Shown one piece after another: positions 63,492 through 64,000 of a stretch of DNA of 64,000 bases. Position 1 is the first letter of the stretch. Each line of letters starts with the position of its first letter. The DNA comes from a virus, in the IMG/VR virus record IMGVR_UViG_3300027759_003827, positions 24,817 through 88,816 of that record. The stretch is one strand, 5' to 3'. Position numbers and translations under genes: made by a program. Below the pieces are notes generated by a model. It saw only the letters and a program-made list of their open reading frames with translations. It was not told the origin of the DNA and ran no database searches.

Positions 63492-64000
63492 TTATATTAA
63501 AGATTTTATATTTTTTGTAGAGGCACTATCTAACCTATATCTATTTTTAATATCTAAAAACATCTTAAAGTATTCTTCAACATGTTCTATCTCCAAATAC
63601 TTAAATAAGTTGTCGAAGCTATTATAGTATAAGTCTTCGTAGTAGAAAACCTTAGCATTTAGATGCTCTTCTAGTTCTTGGATTCTGCTCTTCTCATCTA
63701 ACAGTACCTTATCCATTTCATCCATGAAAAAGTCTAACTTTTCATCAATAAGATATCTAGTGGGTTCCAGGAAAGAATTGTGCTTAGCAGCATATGCTAG
63801 GCTTTCAGTTTGTTCTTTGTGATTCCTTCTCGACAATACAAGAATTTTGTCAAAGTCCTGTTTAACAGCTTCGTAGGGAATTTGCTTATAAAAAAACAAT
63901 CCGATAGCTGATTTTACAAATACGTTCTTGCTAGATACGATTTGAGTGTACTCTACTTTATTCTTTGCTTCTAATTCAGCGACTAAAGGAGACCAGGGTT
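63492..64000 (-). CDS. sulfotransferase-like protein, 5' end outside the window
   Basis: frame open to the window edge (..EPWSPL..); LSRR, YYEDL; paralogous to 62372-62932. Confidence 0.6.
   Translation of the reverse strand, partial: PWSPLVAELEAKNKVEYTQIVSSKNVFVKSAIGLFFYKQIPYEAVKQDFDKILVLSRRNHKEQTESLAYAAKHNSFLEPTRYLIDEKLDFFMDEMDKVLLDEKSRIQELEEHLNAKVFYYEDLYYNSFDNLFKYLEIEHVEEYFKMFLDIKNRYRLDSASTKNIKSLI

Noticed and set aside
1-64000. Stop-codon reassignment, or a bacterial chromosome origin
   Set aside because: Genes tile densely in the standard code, with TAG used as a true stop (e.g. polA, queE); host-like genes are interleaved with phage replication and tail genes on one strand

Overview
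A 64 kb stretch of a large, AT-rich myovirus (contractile-tail phage) genome. Every credible gene is on the minus strand and uses the standard genetic code. A Bacteroidota host is inferred from eight TTG-N20-TAnnTT(T/A)(A/C) promoters and from the tRNA style. In coordinate order the window holds: (1) a glycan/acyl-sugar island (five glycosyltransferases plus one putative, FabH, FabG, acetyltransferase, FkbM methyltransferase, cupin, PhyH dioxygenase); (2) an RNA island (tRNA-Gln, -Ser, -Thr, -fMet, a tmRNA with a 24-aa tag, a ~160-nt tRNA-like RNA with a hugely expanded variable arm, and several unassigned structured spacers); (3) a late-type operon of exported and membrane proteins (CsgG-like protein, cohesin/dockerin-like protein, Ser-linker beta-barrel candidate, lipoproteins) next to an exported nuclease; (4) IscA/IscU, GroEL/ES and Hsp20; (5) a family A DNA polymerase and a full 7-deazaguanine DNA-modification set (folE, queD, queE, queC, queF, Tgt/DpdA-like, PurN-like formyltransferase, P-loop kinase); (6) class II RNR, helicase, 5'-3' exonuclease, RecA, SSB and a second divergent PolA; (7) baseplate, tape measure, frameshifted chaperone, tube and sheath genes; (8) sulfotransferase-like and 2OG-Fe(II) genes. 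The best candidates for undescribed biology are the envelope module (15.8-22 kb), the giant tRNA-like RNA with its neighbouring structured RNAs, and two genes each enclosed by a perfect inverted repeat. All calls come from motifs read by eye; no searches were run.
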